Shown piece by piece: positions 23,020 to 34,088 of a stretch of DNA of 64,000 nt. The notes under the pieces were generated by a model, which saw nothing but the letters and a program-made list of their open reading frames with translations, made no database searches and was not told the DNA's origin. This DNA is from Oikopleura dioica. Taxonomy: Eukaryota > Animalia > Chordata. The DNA is taken from the NCBI GenBank assembly GCA_907165135.1, contig OU015566.1, positions 620,001 to 684,000 of the forward strand. Reading direction: 5' to 3'. Numbering within the stretch: position 1 is the stretch's first letter; the number at the start of each line of letters is the position of its first letter. The translations under genes were made by a program, and so were the position numbers.

Positions 23020-23364
23020 TCGTTTGAATTATATTGATAACAAAAATCTGCCTCTCCTGTTCAAAAAAATACTAAACACTTGACACTTCAATCTTTAAAT
23101 AAAAAATTAACGAAATAAAAAATTGATAATATTTTAAGGTTTTTTACATTCTAAGTGAGAATTTTCGAATGTCATTTTTTCCCAGAAGTTTTCTCACTAG
23201 ACTGAAGTTTTGACGGTTTTCTTGATTTTTGAAATCGCCTGAGACAGGAATGATCTTTTTCTTGGCGAGAATTAAAAGTCTTAGGCTAAGCCGGAGTGAC
23301 ATTTTGAAGAAGCTGGGTGCTGTTCTGACTCAGAAAACTGTGTTGAATCTGACATATCTTTGTG

Positions 23365-23455
23365 ATTCCAGGGACGAAACCCCCTTGGTTAGGCTTTAGG
23401 GGGTCCAGGGGGGCGCCACTTGGGCTAGGCTTAAGGGTAAGGGTTAGGGGTATCA
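23365..23455. repeat. Degenerate TTAGGG-containing dispersed repeat, related to 33340-33680
   Basis: ttggttagg...ggcttaagggtaagggttagggg. Confidence 0.4.
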
Positions 23456-24063
23456 TACGAATTCTAGCCAAATTATAAAAGAATTTGTCCTATACCCATT
23501 TTAGTTGCATACTCCCTTGCGGCATATATATGGGGAAGAGATCATAAGTCATGATTTTCGAGATGCTCTAGGGTCACTTGGGTCCTCTAATCCTGGGGGT
23601 CCGGACCTGTTACGTTCAGTTTTTTACATAATCGTAAGATTCTTTTTTTTTCTTATAATCTCCAAAGATAGGATTCTTTATCGTTTTTATTTTATATTTC
23701 TGTCATTATTTCAGCCGGCTTTTCTTTTGATATTGCTGAATCATTTAACCATCATGGAAAGGGATAAGTTTTCATTTATCTGAGCTCTTTATCCCGCTCT
23801 ATTGAAATAATTCCCTTCAGACGGTCCCTTCTGAAAGAACATGAATCGAAGTATATGTAACTTATCGAAAAAATTGATCATTGATCCTCCTGACGATCAG
23901 TCAGAAAACAGATTCTTGGGATAAACATTCTGCTCAGAAGCCCACACTTGTACGACTTGTGACGGCGCTGTTGAACACGGACATAAAACCTGCTCGCGTC
24001 TCAGAAGAATCAACAAACGGAGAACGAAAAACAACGAAAACTAGCAACAAAGAAAAGCTCAAA

Positions 24064-24330
24064 ATGAATCTTCTATTACTATTCATCGCCATTTTCACCG
24101 ACAGTATTTTCGCCAGTCCAGTTTTGCGGCGAACAAGAAGGGATCTCATCAGCTGGAATCGATATCAAAACAACATCAACAAACACAACAGAGCCTTGTT
24201 CATCCAAGACGAGCCATTGTACAGAAAACACAGTCACAAACGCCATGCATTGGACAAAAACGAAATGAGCTATCTTCAAGACCTCTACGAACAAGCTCTT
24301 CAAATGGCATTCAGAGGACCGAAGAAATAA
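24064..24330 (+). CDS. Small secreted prepropeptide candidate (88 aa)
   Basis: MNLLLLFIAIFTDSIFA signal peptide; RRTRR furin-type site; KR dibasic site; single open exon. Confidence 0.6.
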   Translation: MNLLLLFIAIFTDSIFASPVLRRTRRDLISWNRYQNNINKHNRALFIQDEPLYRKHSHKRHALDKNEMSYLQDLYEQALQMAFRGPKK

Positions 24331-24516
24331 TGAAACTTTCATTTTCCTTCCTTTTTCTTTTACAAATAGGATATTTGATAGAAGGAGAAGGAATTTTTGC
24401 CTGCAAAAAAATGATTGTGTATGTTCATAAATAAAATTCTGCTGAAGTAAAGCATCAAAAATCGTCATAATCGAGCAGGGCTCATTTGAAATGAGTCATT
24501 TCTTTTCAAGCAGAAA

Positions 24517-25940
24517 TCAAGGAAGACTATTTGTCAGTGTGAAATTTTCGGATGCCCATCCTCCAACAGGACACGGGTCAGAATGAAAGCTCTGTAGCTC
24601 TCGAATCGCCAGGAAATGAACTGCTCCGGCTCCGACGGCGAAAATGTGAAAAATCTAAAAAGGTTTGACGGTCCCGCGATTTGAGAAAAACTTTACTTGA
24701 TGGCTATGGAAGAAAATATCGAATTTTCCGGGGAAGAATCGCTCTGGAACTTCAGTAGCGTAAATGAGGACTCCTGTGGTTCCAGAAGAGAAGAATATGC
24801 AGAGCAATGAAAAGGCTTCTTCATTAAAAGCAACATCGATTCCGTGCTGAAATTTTTTTTTTTAATTTTTTTTATTTTTTTGAAAATTTGTTGAAAATTT
24901 TTTGAGTATTTTCGAAAATCTTTTGGAATTTTTTTTTTGAAATTTTTTTAATTTATGAATTTTCGAGGAAGGAAAACGAGTCGAAAGTTTTTTTTCTTCT
25001 TTTTTTTAAATACCTTAAAATAAGCATGAAACGTCGGAAAAATTGTCAAAAGCCCAAGACTCATAAAAGCAACAGCCCGACACGGTCTGTACTCCGTCCT
25101 TCCAAAAGCCTTGAATCTGCTCATCGTCAAAATGCCAACAGAAACAACGCACAAAGTGATCATGTAAGCAGATTGCGTCGTTGAATCACAGCGAAAGGAG
25201 AAAAAGATGATCGGCAAAAATCCGAAAAGCGCGTAAAACAGGATTCCGGTGTAGTCGAGTTTTTCGGAGTGCTTGGCGATTTTCGGGGAATGGCATCGAA
25301 CTGTGTGGAAGTGGAAGGAAAAGGCGAAGCAGAGCGTGGCAGAGGCAACTGATAAGCATATCTGACGGCTCAAATAGCGATAAATTGAAAAAAAGGGTTG
25401 AAAAATTGGGGTAGCGTCAGGAACCGACAAAAAATTTCGACCAATTTTGCGTGGGCGGCTAATCGGCTGCTGATTGGCGTGTGAGCCGAACCTGGGCTTC
25501 TGATTGGTTAAAAACTTCTACGCAAAAATTGTTAAAATTTTTTGTCGGTTCAAGACACCTCCCCGAAAAATCGACTAAATAATCATATTTTTTGAGCCTT
25601 GCCAAAATATTCTCCAAAATACTAATACTAAGTGGGTTGAAAATTGCAACAAAAAATAAAACAATGAATCCAATAAAGCCTAGAAAATGCGACCAAATGT
25701 TGCCAGTTTCAGTATGCAATCGAAACCAAGAGCTGTAGCACAATTTGAATGATTCTAGCGGCGGTCGCATTGAGCCAAGAAGATAACGAGAACTAAAAAA
25801 CCATGTCAAAGTGTCTTCGCTGATAAGAACCTTATCATCCAATCAGGAACATCATCAATACCGACCAAAGCCCAATTTCGATCGAGGCCAAAATATTCCT
25901 GCGATTTGACATGTTCCGGGTCTTTCAAAAGCTCAGCCAT
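24517..25940 (-). CDS. PAQR / adiponectin-receptor-like seven-transmembrane protein
   Basis: VPDWMDD, MRPP, HTETGNIWSH, FHTVRCHS, KLDYTGI, PERFFPGKFDIFFHSHQ. Confidence 0.92.
25408..25564. mobile_element. MITE family A, copy 3 (in a PAQR intron)
   Basis: gcgtcaggaaccgacaaaaa...gtcggttcaagacacc. Confidence 0.8.
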
Positions 25941-26312
25941 TTTCGATTCTCTCTCGTTTCCTAGATTTACTTCTCTGCATGAATTTCGAGATGGTTGCCA
26001 AAACGTAAAATCGGCACAGAATGTAAATAGCGCTCTGTTTGATTTTGTTAGTCAGTCCGCGCGCAATAATTAATTACAGTGATTCTTCTTTCCTGATGAA
26101 GTAGATAATTTTATTATTGATATTTTGCAAGTTTTTTTTTCTTTTATTTTATTCATTTCACAAAATATAAATTGAATTTTTATTAAGTTTCGAATATTTT
26201 CCTAACTCTTTGTCGTCATTCTATCTTCTCTTTAATGCAAATTGCATAAGCCCTGTTTCCGAATTCTCGACCAGCAAAAACATTTCCGTTGTAAAAATAT
26301 GCTCCTTTCAGG

Positions 26313-26636
26313 CAGAGTTGCAAATTTTGATTAATTTTTCTGAGCTGAGCTGAGCTGAGCTGGCCTTTTTCAGAGGTCATTGAGCGGAGCCAAGCTGAGC
26401 AGACCCTAATTAGAGCTGAGCTGAGCTGTTTTTTACTGTTGTTTTGGTAGTAAAATTGTATTCAAATCATTGAGCTGAGCTGAGCTGAGCAGAACAGACC
26501 ATGTTCGAAAATAATTGAGCTGAGCTGAGTTAAAATTGTCTCAGCTGAGCTGAGCTGAGCGACTGCTCAGCTCACTCAGCCAGCTCAGCTCACTCAGCCA
26601 GCTCAGCTCACTCAGCTCAGCAAATTTGCAACTCTG
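26313..26636. mobile_element. hAT-type MITE (324 bp) with (GAGCT/CTGAG)n subterminal repeats
   Basis: 15-bp TIR CAGAGTTGCAAATTT; 8-bp TSD CTTTCAGG at 26305-26312 and 26637-26644. Confidence 0.92.
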
Positions 26637-27395
26637 CTTTCAGGCGATTTGGATTATGCGGACACCACGGCAGTCCTATATTTTCGCTTATATTCTTTGT
26701 TGGGATCTCTCTTGTGCGATATCCAGTAAGAATCGTCACTCTTTTCGATGGTCTTTCTGCTGTTCGCTTCCAAGAATTCCCTTCCAGTAGGGAATTTGCA
26801 TTGTCATCATTCCAAAGATCGTGTTTTGCAAGAAATGATGCATTGATCTTGAAAAGAAATAATGAAATTTTTTCACCAAAGTAAGAATTTTTAACATACT
26901 TTCAGCAATTCACAATTGACAGTTTTGTTCACTTGGATTAAAACTTTGTCGCCGTCGAAAACTCGCTCTTTGCAGATGAATTCGAATCCAGTCTCATCCG
27001 TCACATCGTCAGTCACATGATTGTTGAGGCAATCCTCCGGCAAGCCAAGACCTTGTTTTCCAAGTGCACAGTCTCGGCAAATAAGCACATAGTCTTTTCT
27101 TCTCTTTGCTGTTTCAAGTTCGCTTTCGATTTTCCGGCGGATTTCGTCGTCAATGTCGGTGAACTCGTAATTGGCAGTGTATTCAGCGTAGATCCAGTAT
27201 TTTAATCTGGATATTGTAATAAACGCAGGAATCGGCGAGATTCGGCTGATCGGTTTTCGCAAAAGAGAACTGTTCTGCTTGAAACAAAAAGCTTTTGATT
27301 CGTCATATGCTAAATTTTCAAAAGTGAATAAAAGGCCATTTTTATTTAAAAAATAAAAATGTTTTTTTTAGTAATTTTTTCTCCCCCCCCCCCCT

Positions 27396-27718
27396 CCCGT
27401 CAGCTTTTTTCGAAAAATCTAATTTCGGAATTTTAAAATTTTAACCCCGGAAATGGATTCTTCAGGTGAAAAAACAATTTTGAGGCTGCATTTTTTGGGG
27501 GTCTATCTCGACTCCTTCGCCCCCAAAATCGCATTTGAAAATTGGACTTTTCGCCAAAAATTGACGAATTTGCCCTAATTTTGCCAAAAATATTGATTTT
27601 CTTGGTCAAAAATTCCTCTTATCATGTTTTTGGAGCAAATTTAACCTGAAGACGCATAAAGAACCAAAAATATTGTTTTTTTAAAAATTTCAATTTTTCG
27701 AAGGAAAATGCTGACGGG
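27396..27718. mobile_element. Possible degraded MITE in an intron
   Basis: cccgtcagc(t)ttt...cgaa / ttcgaa...aaatgctgacggg inverted ends; no TSD seen. Confidence 0.35.
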
Positions 27719-28388
27719 GGGTCCTTAAGTATCAGCTTCTTGTTTTTTTCACATACTGAGCCTCGTAGTTGTTAGGATTGCTGCTCTTTTATTTCCGTCG
27801 AAGAAAGCATCAACTTCCACGGATGAGCCGAGACTCAAGTAGAATTCATCAAACAAGTCTTTTTGATTCTCGGTTAAAGAAATCGGTTTGACAAAATTCG
27901 CGCTTTCCTCTTCATTGATAGGACTAGTCTCTTCTTCAGTCGCAATAAGAGGTTCTTTCGCTTCTTCTTGTTTTGAAGCAAACTGAAGAATGAAGAAAAC
28001 GGACAGTCCAATTAGAGCAGCGCTAAAAAATCTCTTGTTTTATGAAATTATGAATAACTACCAAAGTAGGAAAGCTAGAAAAACTAAAATAATAGTCTTC
28101 TTTTCCATTTTATTTATCAGTTTCGAAATTCGAATGTTAAGGCCGAGAACAAGACTTCCTTATCTGACAATTTCCACTCAAGCGGCAAAAACATATTCAA
28201 AAGCGCCTCGCTTATCCCCTCATTTTAGTTTGTCAATATAAAAGAGAAAGAGAAGCCATCTAAAATGGCTCTCAAAATACAGGAGAAAGAATCTGCCAAA
28301 AATTTGCCAAAAAGAGAATTTCAAGAAATTTATTGTTTGAAAGAAAAGATATCAGATGAACTTTATCAGGCGTTTCTTTTTTCAAGTT

Positions 28389-29193
28389 TCACTCAGAAGA
28401 AGTGTATCGGTCCTTGTTCCAGAACCACTTGCCCTTGATCTCGGCCTTCACAGTTTGGCAAAAATCAGTTTGGGCTTGTCGACCAGCCGCATCCGTAGCG
28501 AAGCAGGTTCGGCAGACAGAAGGTCGAATCGCGTCGTTTTTGTCGGTAATCAGTTTCGTGCACATTTTTCGGTTGTCTTTCTTGTCGTTTTCGCACGCTT
28601 GAAGAGCCTTTTTTGTGTTTTTTTTTACGAAAAAAATCGAATTCAAAGCTTATATTTTACCATAATAAGAAGCTTTTTTGGGGAGGAGTTTGGGACCGAC
28701 AAAAAATTCGACAAATTTGCGTGGGTATTTTCAACCAATCAGAAGCCCGGATTGGTTCACCGGCGAATCAGCGGACGAGAAGCCGCCCACGCAAAATTTA
28801 TCGAAATTTTTTTGTCGGTTCCGGGCGCCATCTCTTTTTTTTCTAGATAAAAAACACATTCCTTGCAGCCCATTTCGACGAATTCGACAACTCCGCCTCT
28901 TCGTCTTTCAATCAGCTGGCAGCTTTCTTCATTGGCGAGGCAGTCGACTACTGTTGCGTTTCCGACGCAGTCCTGTTAATAGATCTCACGATTAATAATA
29001 ATGGGGGGCTTACTTCATAGTTCTCAGCGATGCAAGTGGTGCAGGCAGAATCAACAGCATCAGGATCGACAACAGCTCTTTCCGTGACAACAGTCGGATC
29101 AGGCTGGACTTGAATCCCATAAACAGCTTGAATGTCATCTGGACTGCTCTGGGCGGCGGTGAATCCGAAAAAAACAAGAGCTGCTTTGATCAT
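28389..29193 (-). CDS. Small secreted Cys-rich protein (three exons; second intron inferred GA-AG)
   Basis: MIKAALVFFGFTAA signal; CTTCIAENY|DCVGNATVVDCLANEESCQLIERRRGGVVEFVEMGCK|ALQACEN...C..C. Confidence 0.65.
28680..28834. mobile_element. MITE family A, copy 4 (inside the GA-AG intron)
   Basis: gggaccgacaaaaaattcgacaaatttgcgtgg...gtcggttccgggcgcc. Confidence 0.78.
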
Positions 29194-29734
29194 TTTGTTT
29201 TTTCTTTGAATCGTTACTATTTGCGATGAAAAGTCTAGTCAGAGTCGGTATTTATGCTCTGGAGAAGACCGTGACTGAGAGTCTTAGGGTGGATTTCAAT
29301 GACCGCATGACGCAAGAAACTGTTGGCAGCGTTACTTGCTGCTCAACTTGCGGAAATGAGAAAGTTTGGCAGTTTTAGAAATGGTTCAAATAATGCAAAC
29401 TATACAAAACAGAATCTTTTCTACCGATGATTTTGATGATAGCCACGAGAAATAAGCGACACCAAGCGAGCAGATTTCCTTTTTTGTGCCTGGAGGACCC
29501 CCCTACTGGAAGAGTTCAAAGCTAAAAGAAGAATGATATTTTCCTGGAGATTTTTCCGTTTGCTGATTTCTCGGCACTTGAACAAAGTAAAGGCGCACAG
29601 TTTTATCATGTGAGCCTTCGGAGGACCCCGGAGGACTTCAACTGATGGAAGAATTTGAATAGAAATTAGTTATTTTTATTCTTTATTTTAAATCATTCGT
29701 AAAAATTCCGTATTCTAGAATCGATAGCGAAAAT

Positions 29735-31335
29735 TCATTCAGTCTTCTTTCGCAGCGTGTAGAAAACCCATTTCTCATGATAGCTTGGAACAGAAACCGC
29801 TTCACTGGAGATTTCAACATTTAGCGAGTTGAGAATGGCACGATATTCTTCAATTCCATGCGTTGATCGGTAAGCGTGGCCTTGAGTGGTGTAGATTCCA
29901 TCTTCGGGGAGGAGGAGCATGCATTTGTTTAAAATAAGCTTCATGAAATCCCTTGGAATAACGTTTTTTAGCGCGAGATTTTTGATGTGTCTTACCATTG
30001 GTTGTCGTTTTCTTTTTCGTCAGAAGCATCAACTGGAATAGCAGTCAAGTCGGAAATGATAAAGTCAAACTTTTTTCCTTCTTCGCCATATCTCGTCAAT
30101 CGAGGGACACAGTCTTCCGCAAAGATTTCATACCCTTCTCCCTTGAACTCGTCTTAATTTGTGGTTAAAGATTTGAATTGAAAAAGAGGAGTTTACCCAT
30201 GGCATCTCCGCAAGTAGCTCTCATGTGTTTTGCGCAAGCTTTCATGACCATTTCATCAATGTCGATCATTTCAATGTACTAAGCAAATAAAACCCTCGGG
30301 TCAACAAAAAACCCACCTTTGGTTTGGTCGGCGAAAGATTGCGAAGATAGTTGATAATTCCACCATCTCCACCGCCAAGAATCAAGACATTCTTTCCCGT
30401 AAAATCGAATGTCTCACTCCCGCAAATTGCTTTTGTATAGGCAATGTCGCTATCTGCCAGATTCGGGTCATCATCGAGAAGGAGGTAGGAGCCGAAGTTG
30501 TTTGAGCGGTAGATTTTGATGTCTGAAATTTTCTTTCGCCCTGAATTTCAAACATGGGAAGAGGAACTTGCCTTGGAAAGGAGATTTGTCGTGAAAAAGG
30601 AGTTCCTGAAAGTCGTTTTCGACAACGGTTCCATCGCAATTTTGAATGTAAGGGTTCCACTCCAAGCCTCTCTTCAATGGCGGCGTCTGAAGATTTTTTG
30701 AGCATTTATCTCTAGAAAAATATATAGTTACGAAGACGGTAGAAGTGGCGTTCTTCTCCTCAAGTTCTTTTTTCAATAAATCTGCAAGTTGTTGAACACG
30801 AGCGGCTCCACTGATCGTTGCATAAAGCTTTCCAGGGGATGCTTGAGTAAAAAAGGTCCCGATCCGTGAAAAAAATACAAAAATACCTGGATACCACTGA
30901 ATCAACAAGCTAAGTCCATCGCTGCCCGTGTACAAAACTGTGCCCGCAATGTCCTTCACATTCCAAGTCTGGAGGGTCAGACCCAAATCGACAAAAGCAG
31001 CTGAATTGGACAAAAGTTCAATTGTCTCGCCGCACGGTTTTTCGCAGTTGAAATCGACGAGGATCGACTGAAATTGAAGCGGTTTTTCTTTTTTGTAAGA
31101 AACTTTTTATTTAATTACGAATTTTTCTTTAAATAATTTTTTTAATATTCTGAAATTTTTTTAATAAAATATTTAATAATAATTTTGTTAAAAATTTTAA
31201 TAATTTTTTTTGCTTGATTTCATAATTTGACTTGCATTCTTCTTTTTTTCGAATTTTTTTCTATGAAATTTTTCTCTTATTTGACCAATCGATAACCTGC
31301 TCACGTGCAAACCGCTTTTTATTTACCTTGATCAT
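29735..31335 (-). CDS. SMS: Spermine synthase
   Basis: KSPFQDI, VLILGGGDGG, IDIDEMV...CAKHMR, EDC, ISDLTAIP, WDFMKLIL, TTQG, VPSYHEKWVFY; start at 31335 inferred. Confidence 0.92.
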
Positions 31336-31577
31336 TTTTCTGTTTTCTTTGTTTTTGCGTCTCTCCGACAAATTTTCCGTGAAATTCTTTCACTTGAAAT
31401 TTTGGACTCTTTCTTTTTCTGTTTGGAATTGACCCAAACGAAAATGAGTATTTAGCGAGAAGAGCCTTTTGTAGCTGTTAGAAAATGAATTATTGAGCAA
31501 ACGATGAGCCGGATATTTACTTTTTATTTTTTCTTGCCCTTTATATTGAGGCGAACAAATTTCAATTTAAAAAACGA

Positions 31578-33290
31578 TCAGTTTTTGTAAATACAAAGGA
31601 TGCGCGCATTTCTGTTTCGAAAAATCTCCAGATTCTCTTTTTGAACCAGACGACAAGTACCCATAGACTCGAAGTCGCACAATTTGAGTCCTGATTCAGT
31701 CAAGTTTTCAGAGAGTTTCCAGCCAGAAACAATCCTCGCATAGCCTCCGTTTCCAATACTTTTGGACGCCCAAGTTTCTGAAAAGAGTGGTCTCCGTTTG
31801 CCAAAGTCCCCGTTTGCCCAAGTCGCCGTTTGCCCAGCTTGGGGAAACGGCGATGTGAAAAAAATTTATATTAATTGATCATTAAACATTATTTGGCTTC
31901 CTCGATGTCAATTCTGGCTTCTTCAACGCCAATCCTGGCTTCACCAACATCAATCATGTCTTCCCCAATATCATCGTCACTATATCAATCATGGCTTCTT
32001 CGTCGCCAATACTCGTTTCACCGACTTTAAACATGGCTTCTCCAATGTCCATCCCGGGTTCTACGACGTCAATCCCGATTTCTCAAACTTCAATCCCGAC
32101 TTCTCCAACGTCGATCCCGCTTCAAGAAGCCATGATCAACATTCGAGAAGCAATGATTGACAACGGAAAGCCGGGACTGACGTCTGAGAAGCTAGGATTG
32201 AAGTTAGTGACGCCCGGATCAGCATTGAAGAAGCCGGGATTGATGCTGGAGATGCCAGGATTGAAGTTTGAGCCACCAAGATTGACGTCTGAAAAGCTAG
32301 GATCGAAGTTAGTGAAGCCATGATTTACTTTGAAGAAGCCAATAAATTGAAATTATATGATCAATCAATTAAGATTAATTCACATCGCCGTTTCCCCAAG
32401 TCACCGTTTCCCCAAGTTGGGCAAACCAAGATCTTGGGCAAACGGCGACTTGGGCAAACGGAGATCACTCTTCTGAAAATCAATTTGATCAATTTTTATT
32501 TTGCCCTACCGCCTTTGAAGTTATTATCGAGAAGATGGTAGTCTTGAAAATGAGTGATATTTATCTTCTGTAAATCGCATAAAATTTCTTGACTCTGATA
32601 GAGAACTGCTCGTCCCAATTCGTCAGTCGTGTTTTTGCAAAGATATTCCTTCCGAAATCCTAAGAAGATTTTTAGTAAAAATATTTGTTAAACACTTCCA
32701 CTGTTAATTTTTTAGAGGGAACGAGACATGGAGAAAAGCCCGGTATGGAAGGTCTCCCAATCAACTCTAATGTTTGATGCTCCTGAACAAAGCTCGTCAT
32801 AAGATCATCCAGAATCGTTTTGCTGAAAACATATTTTTTTACGTTTTGTTGATTTGTCGAACCTTATTTTGTTTGAAGCTTCGATTGTCTTTTCAAAATA
32901 ATCACACTCTGATTCAATCCAAATCTGTCTACTACTAAGAAGATTTGAATTGGCAAGCTCGAACCAAGGCAAAAACGCTCCTTTTTCTTCGCAAAACTGC
33001 TTTGCTTCAGAGGGATTTAACATCTTTCTCAGTTCAAAACCGATCAAGAATAAAAATAACAATAAGCCCTATTCCTTCGTCATATGGAACCATAATCCGC
33101 TCATTGACTATTAAGCCTTTGAAAACCTCGCCCGAGGAACTGACGACTGTGATGTTTGACACATCTTCCTCCATGATTGTACTTTGGATTGGTTTGGCCA
33201 TTTGATCCAAAAATTGGCCCTCAAACTTGCCAAGATCTCCAGCAGGAACTTGCCTCATTTGTTGGGAAAGCACTTAAAATGCACAGAAGT
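31578..33290 (-). CDS. Orphan lectin-like protein, paralog 2 (start uncertain)
   Basis: EAKQFCEEKGAFLP C-type-lectin-like segment; EYLCK...VLYQ...CDLQKIN...NNFKG|ETW...ILCIYKN*. Confidence 0.55.
31785..32470. mobile_element. Mutator/foldback-type non-autonomous element (686 bp)
   Basis: GAGTG...CACTC ends; modular TIRs (ccgtttgcccaag repeats); 9-bp TSD TTCTGAAAA at 31776-31784 and 32471-32479; inner inverted 21-bp arrays. Confidence 0.9.
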
Positions 33291-33339
33291 GATATGAATT
33301 TACTGTTCAATAATACTTTTTTTGATGAAGGGTTTATTG

Positions 33340-33680
33340 GCCGGGCGCCCTTAAATGACTGTGATCTATTAGCCCTTAGGTTAGGGTTAGGTTTAATGGA
33401 CTTAGGGTACCTGCTTGGGTTAGGGTTAGGGTTAGGGGTTGAACCTAAGGAGGGATCCCGCGCAGAGTTCCGAATCACTTTACTTTAACTTTGAAGTGAA
33501 GTTACTTTGAAAAAATAACTTCATTGCCATATTGAAGTGAAGTAAAGTGATTTTATTTTTGAGAAAAATAAAGTGAAGTGATTCCGAACTCTGATCCCGG
33601 GGGCGTTGCCTCCTTGGTTAGCTTAGGGTTAGGGTTAGGCTGCCCGACTTTTGACCCTACTCCTTTTTTCTCTTACTTAC
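33340..33680. repeat. TTAGGG-rich dispersed repeat split by a nested hAT MITE
   Basis: ttagggttagggttagg tracts on both sides of 33463-33593. Confidence 0.5.
33463..33593. mobile_element. hAT-type MITE (131 bp)
   Basis: TIR CAGAGTT(C/C)(C/G)GAATCACTT with 1 mismatch; 8-bp TSD ATCCCGCG / ATCCCGGG (7 of 8 match). Confidence 0.75.
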
Positions 33681-34088
33681 CGGCAGGATGGCTTTTGTTT
33701 ATCATATTCAAAGCCGGTTTTGTAATCATCAACCTGAAATTGCACTTAGCTCATTTATCTCAATTAGCTTACATTGTTAGAGCGAAAGGAAACAAAACAA
33801 AAATCCATGTTTTCCGAAAAAACAGCTCTCTTAAAACCGTCTCATCCATATCTGAAGTTATCTTTCTCGAAGTCGCATGGGATCAAAGCATAGTTCCAAT
33901 TCGTTAACTGTCAGTAGAGAGCGTTACGGTTGATGAATTTCGACACACTTATGTTTCGATAATTTGTTTATTACATTTTTCTTCAATCCGCGCTCTTCCA
34001 GCGAGAAAAGTCCTCCGCCTCGCGCGCCGTCCCCGCTGTCCTCCGACCCCGATTCTCGAAAAACAAAATTAGCGAGCAATAAAGAAAA

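Larger units (their letters stand above)
26216..28108 (-). pseudogene. Orphan lectin-like membrane/secreted protein, paralog 1; last exon interrupted by a hAT MITE
   Basis: N-terminal hydrophobic segment; spliced frame ...ICKE..VLIQ..CELLK|INAS...NRL[insertion]KGAYFYNG...AYAICIKEKIE*; aligns with the gene at 31578-33290. Confidence 0.55.

Noticed and set aside
26335-26622. Immunoglobulin switch region
   Set aside because: Short, enclosed by TIRs and a TSD, with no Ig locus context
26313-26644. The 324-bp hAT MITE as a precise self-made intron (introner)
   Set aside because: The available GC donor and AG acceptor remove 333 nt, but 332 nt are needed to restore the frame
33375-33645. Telomere or chromosome-fusion site
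   Set aside because: Only 2-4 perfect TTAGGG units per tract, single orientation, embedded in a dispersed repeat
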